Assembly (NCBI GenBank): GCA_963786105.1
Contig: CAWAXX010000012.1
Span: forward strand, 64,001 to 128,000
Length of the DNA stretch: 64,000 nt
Direction of reading: 5' to 3'
From: Vulcanimicrobiota bacterium
GTDB taxonomy: Bacteria > Vulcanimicrobiota > Vulcanimicrobiia > Vulcanimicrobiales > Vulcanimicrobiaceae
Numbering within the stretch: position 1 is the first letter of the stretch; every line of letters begins with the position of its first letter. A program made the position numbers and the translations under genes. The notes under the pieces were generated by a model. That model did no database searches and was not told the origin of the DNA. It worked only from the letters and a program-made list of their open reading frames with translations. Shown here piece by piece: positions 60,132 to 64,000 of this stretch.

Positions 60132-61004
60132 ATGACGCACGTCCCGGTGCTGCTCGAGACGGCGCTGGAGTTGCTTGCGATCCGAGCGGATGGGATTTAC
60201 GTGGATGCCACGTTTGGGGCTGGTGGCCATTCTACGGCCATCTTGAACCGCTTGGGAGCGGGCCGCCTCATCGCTTTGGACGCCGATCCGTCGGCCGCCG
60301 CTCGAGCGCAATCGATCCACGACCCACGGCTGACGTTCGTCCGCGCAAATTTCCGAGAGCTTACGCACGTCCTAGATCGCTGTGGGGTCGACTCGGTCGA
60401 CGGCGTGCTGTTCGACTTGGGGGTATCGTCGATGCAGTTTGACGACGCCGAGCGCGGTTTTTCAGTGGGGAAAACGGCGCCGCTCGACATGCGCATGAAT
60501 CCGCACTCGGGCCGCAGCGCGTACGACGTGCTGGCGACCGCCAGTGAAGGAGAACTTGCGGATATCTTCTTCTATTACGGTGAGGAGCGCTCGGCGCGGC
60601 GCATCGCGCACGCAATCGTCGAACGCCGGTCGGCCGGCGCGCTGCCGACTACCACGACCGAGTTTGCCTCGCTGGTTTCCGGAATTCTCCACCGGCCGGG
60701 GCGCCGCGAACGGATTCATCCGGCAACGCGCGTCTTTCAGGCGTTGCGCATCGCGGTCAACGACGAGCTCGACGCACTGCGCGACGGACTTAGCGGCGCG
60801 TTCGATCGCCTTTGCGTCGCCGGGCGTGTGGTGGCCATCAGTTTTCATTCGCTCGAAGATCGTATCGTGAAGCGCGCGTTCCGCGGCGATCCACGCCTAG
60901 AGATTCTCACGAAGAAGCCGCTCGTTCCCGGCGAGCGCGAGATGTCAGAAAACCCCCGCGCTCGCAGCGCGAAGCTGCGCGCCGCCCGACGGAAGGCCAG
61001 TTGA
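60132..61004 (+). CDS. rsmH: 16S rRNA m4C1402 methyltransferase
   Basis: HVPVLL, DATFGAGGHS, DLGVSSMQ, PLDMRM, FQALRIAVNDEL, SFHSLEDR, NPRARSAKLR. Confidence 0.96.
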   Translation: MTHVPVLLETALELLAIRADGIYVDATFGAGGHSTAILNRLGAGRLIALDADPSAAARAQSIHDPRLTFVRANFRELTHVLDRCGVDSVDGVLFDLGVSSMQFDDAERGFSVGKTAPLDMRMNPHSGRSAYDVLATASEGELADIFFYYGEERSARRIAHAIVERRSAGALPTTTTEFASLVSGILHRPGRRERIHPATRVFQALRIAVNDELDALRDGLSGAFDRLCVAGRVVAISFHSLEDRIVKRAFRGDPRLEILTKKPLVPGEREMSENPRARSAKLRAARRKAS

Positions 61005-61456
61005 CAGTGATCCAACCTCGCTCCTTCGATCGCCAGGCTCGCGTGCGTAACCCGCGGGTGGCCCGTGCCGCCACGCAGCGGCGCATCATTCACAAGTCGC
61101 GTGCGCGGTACTCGAACATTTCGCGCGTTTCGGCAGCGATTGGTGGTCTGTTGTTCTTGTTCATGATGTACGTGCTGCTGACGTCGATGCTGACCGGGTT
61201 ATCGTACGCGGTTGCGAAGGCGGAGCACCAGCGAACGGCCATGCAGGAAGAGACGATGCGGCTAGACGACCGAATCGCCGCCCTTCGTTCCGACGATCGG
61301 CTATCGGTTCTGGCGGCGCGTTTGAGGATGATCGAACCGGAACGGTTTGCGGTCATCCGGCTAAGCCGGCCCCGGATCGCTCTCGACCGCCCGCGGGTCG
61401 CGGTGCTCTCGTCGCTGGCCGGATTCTTCATCCCGGCGGTAGCCCAGCAGCGGTAA
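61001..61456 (+). CDS. ftsL: FtsL-like cell division protein
   Basis: Position between rsmH and the PBP; basic N-terminus, one TM helix, coiled coil. Confidence 0.65.
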   Translation: MTVIQPRSFDRQARVRNPRVARAATQRRIIHKSRARYSNISRVSAAIGGLLFLFMMYVLLTSMLTGLSYAVAKAEHQRTAMQEETMRLDDRIAALRSDDRLSVLAARLRMIEPERFAVIRLSRPRIALDRPRVAVLSSLAGFFIPAVAQQR

Positions 61457-61467
61457 GCGCTGCTACG

Positions 61468-63201
61468 ATGCATCAACGAACGTTTGCACGCGTTTCCCCG
61501 GTGCGGGCCAATTTCGTCTTTTACGCCTGCTTGCTGATGGCCGTCTATCTCGTGTGGCGCCTTTACGACGTGCAAGTGCTGCACGGCGCCGCTTACGCGC
61601 GCGAAGCACTCGCGCAGCGCTCCGACACGATCGAAGTGTTTGCGCGGCGCGGTAGCATCCTCGATCGCAACGGCAACGTCCTCGTTCGATCGCTTCCATC
61701 GGAAAGCGTGTATGCTGTGCCGCGCGATTTGTCGGATCCCGACGCGACCGCTGCGAAGCTGCGGAAAGTCTTGGGGAAACTCGGTCCGGCGACGGTTGCG
61801 GAACTGCACGACAAAAAGTCGTGGTTCGTGTGGATCGCGCGCAAACTCCCGCACGACCAGATCGAGCGAGTTCGCGCGCTTAACCTCGGCGGCGTCGCGC
61901 TCAAAGAAGAGGAATCCGGACTGCGCGTCGATCCCGCAGGAAAGCTTGCGTCGACCGTTCTCGGTTTCGTAGGAACCGATGAAAACGGACTCGACGGTAT
62001 CGAGTATTCGCAAGACGGGTTGCTGCGCGGCCGCTCTGGAAGCGTGATGCTGGAAACGGACGAGTTCGGCCGCCCGATTCCATTCGGTCGCGAGCGCGTC
62101 GTGAAGCCCGCCGAGCCAGGCTCGACGCTCGAGCTGACGATCGACTCCTACCTGCAGTTCGTAGCCGAGCGTGCGCTTGCAAAGCAAGTCGCGACGTTCC
62201 ACGCGCTCGACGGGACGGCGATCGTCATGGATCCTTGGACGGGCGAAGTGCTCGCGCTGGCGAACGAACCGACCTTCGATCCCAATCGCTTTTGGAAGTT
62301 CAGCGACGCGCAACGACGCGACCGGGCGATCATGGACGCGTACGAGCCCGGCTCAACCTACAAGCTCCTGACCGCCGCCGCCGCGCTCGACTCGCACAAA
62401 GTCACGCTGGCCACGCGCTTCCCTGCGCACGACCGCCTAGAGGTCGGCGGGCGAACGATTCACAACGCGGAAGATGGCTTCATGAGCGGCACCGGCGGCA
62501 GCGAAACCTTGGCCCAGATCGTCGAATACTCGCATAACGTCGGCGCGGCCGAAGTCGGCATATCCATCGGGGCGAAGACCTTTTACAACATGGAGCGCAA
62601 GGCCGGCTTCGGCGATCCTACCGGCGTCGGACTTCCGGGAGAGAATCCGGGCATCGTTCCGCCCCCGAAAGATTGGAGCGCGCCTTCGCTGGCGACGATG
62701 TCGTTCGGTCAGGGCGTTTCGGTAACACCCATTGCAATGGCACGCTACTACAGCGCCATTGCAAACGGCGGGCTGTTGATGCAGCCGCATATCGTGCGGG
62801 CGGTCTACGACCAGCAAGGAAAGAAAATCCGCAGCGTCGCGCCCCAGGTGATTCGCCGGGTCTTCTCCCAGCGAACCGCTGCCGAACTGCGGGGATTCCT
62901 TCGGCTGGTGGTATTGCACGGTACCGGCGACCCGACCGCGCAGATCCCCGGATACTCCACCGCGGGTAAGACCGGCACCGCCGAGATGGTCGTTGACGGC
63001 GCGTACCGTTCCGGATACTACGCTGCATCGTTTATTGGAATGGTGCCGTACGAGCGTCCCCGCTACCTCGTCTACGTTAAGGTCGAGCGACCCTTAGGAT
63101 CCTACTACGGAAGCGTCGTAGCCGCGCCGGCGTTTGCCGAGATTTCGCGAGCAGCCATGCTGCACGCCGGAGTCTTGCCAACGGCGCCGCCGCATGGCTG
63201 A
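61468..63201 (+). CDS. ftsI: Class B penicillin-binding protein FtsI
   Basis: RGSILDRNG, YEPGSTYK (SxxK), SHN (SxN), KTGT. Confidence 0.92.
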   Translation: MHQRTFARVSPVRANFVFYACLLMAVYLVWRLYDVQVLHGAAYAREALAQRSDTIEVFARRGSILDRNGNVLVRSLPSESVYAVPRDLSDPDATAAKLRKVLGKLGPATVAELHDKKSWFVWIARKLPHDQIERVRALNLGGVALKEEESGLRVDPAGKLASTVLGFVGTDENGLDGIEYSQDGLLRGRSGSVMLETDEFGRPIPFGRERVVKPAEPGSTLELTIDSYLQFVAERALAKQVATFHALDGTAIVMDPWTGEVLALANEPTFDPNRFWKFSDAQRRDRAIMDAYEPGSTYKLLTAAAALDSHKVTLATRFPAHDRLEVGGRTIHNAEDGFMSGTGGSETLAQIVEYSHNVGAAEVGISIGAKTFYNMERKAGFGDPTGVGLPGENPGIVPPPKDWSAPSLATMSFGQGVSVTPIAMARYYSAIANGGLLMQPHIVRAVYDQQGKKIRSVAPQVIRRVFSQRTAAELRGFLRLVVLHGTGDPTAQIPGYSTAGKTGTAEMVVDGAYRSGYYAASFIGMVPYERPRYLVYVKVERPLGSYYGSVVAAPAFAEISRAAMLHAGVLPTAPPHG

Positions 63202-64000
63202 GCGCGAGATCGAGCTTGCACGGCTGATCGCCCGGTTGCCCGCCGACGCACTCGTAACCGGAATCGCGAGCGTGCGGGTCACCGGCGTTGAAAACGATTC
63301 GCGCAACGTTCGGCCCGGTGCGTTGTTCGTCGCGCTGCGGGGAGCGCACGAGGACGGCCATACATTCCTGCCGGACGCGATCGCCAACGGCGCGGTCGCG
63401 GTGGTGCTCGAAGTTTCCCCGGCGGTGCGTCTCCCATCACGCGTATGCGTCGTCACCGTTGCGGATTCGCGACGCGCGCTCTCCACGCTCGCGGCCACAT
63501 TCTATGGCGACCCGTCGCACGCGCTCGACGTGGTCGGCGTTACCGGCACGAACGGAAAAACGACGACGGTCCACATGCTGCAAGCGGTGCTCGATGGCGC
63601 CGGCGTACCGTGTGGAACGATCGGGACAATCGGCGCCTCGTTCGGCCCCCGTTCGTGGACGCTGGCGAATACGACGCCGCTTCCCCCGGAACTTCACGGG
63701 TTGCTGGCATCTATGCGCGACGCCGGCGCACGATCGGTGGTGATGGAAGTCAGCTCGCACGCGCTTGCGCTCGAGCGGGTCGACGACGTGCGTTTCAGGG
63801 TGGCCGTTCTGACGAACGTTACGCGCGACCATCTGGACTTTCACGAAACGCTCGACGCGTACGCGTCGGCGAAACGGCGCCTGTTCTCCCTCGCACGACA
63901 TACCGTTCTCAACGCCGGCGACGAGCACGGGGCTCGCTGGGCGAGCGAGCTGACCGCTCGTGGAGTTGGGGTAACGACCTATGGGGAGCGCTCCGGTGCC
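63194..64000 (+). CDS. murE: UDP-MurNAc-tripeptide synthetase MurE, partial at the window end
   Basis: Read by hand from ATG 63194: NDSRNVRPGALFVALRG..DGH, VGVTGTNGKTT, NTTP, MEVSSHAL, TNVTRDHLDFH. Confidence 0.93.
   Translation, partial: MAEREIELARLIARLPADALVTGIASVRVTGVENDSRNVRPGALFVALRGAHEDGHTFLPDAIANGAVAVVLEVSPAVRLPSRVCVVTVADSRRALSTLAATFYGDPSHALDVVGVTGTNGKTTTVHMLQAVLDGAGVPCGTIGTIGASFGPRSWTLANTTPLPPELHGLLASMRDAGARSVVMEVSSHALALERVDDVRFRVAVLTNVTRDHLDFHETLDAYASAKRRLFSLARHTVLNAGDEHGARWASELTARGVGVTTYGERSGA

Overview
High-GC bacterial chromosome segment with core housekeeping content; I found no rRNA, tRNA, CRISPR array, integrase or transposase. It combines diderm envelope genes (lnt, LptC/LptD/LptFG-like) with Gram-positive-type regulatory motifs (MraZ GTGGTG repeats, a GAAC-N4-GTTC LexA box, a SigB-type promoter). 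This suggests a diderm Terrabacteria lineage, possibly Eremiobacterota (inference only). Gene blocks in order: ftsE-ftsX-M23-two S41 proteases; acyl-CoA dehydrogenase; peroxiredoxin; rmuC; a three-gene thiosulfate cassette (Tsd/DsrE-like protein, tsdA, yeiH); a single-chain lipoyl-E2-E1 2-oxoglutarate dehydrogenase; P450; ArsN1-like GNAT; Lrp-kdd-kamA lysine catabolism; peptide-binding protein; orphan RND pump; pntAA-AB-B; a thioester-less alpha-2-macroglobulin-like gene; polA-DUF192-mutM-rpsA-coaE; two KGG stress proteins; the envelope cluster; ada; MEDS and PAS-PP2C-HATPase signalling genes; and the start of the dcw cluster (mraZ-rsmH-ftsL-ftsI-murE). Most genes between about 7.5 and 22.5 kb carry frameshifts while long genes elsewhere are intact, most likely a local long-read error zone. 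Best leads: the thiosulfate cassette, rpsA lacking a canonical start codon, a 55-aa metallothionein-like ORF missed by the ORF track, two nested fold-back REP-like elements, and a roughly 100-nt rod-like RNA with purine-rich internal loops.
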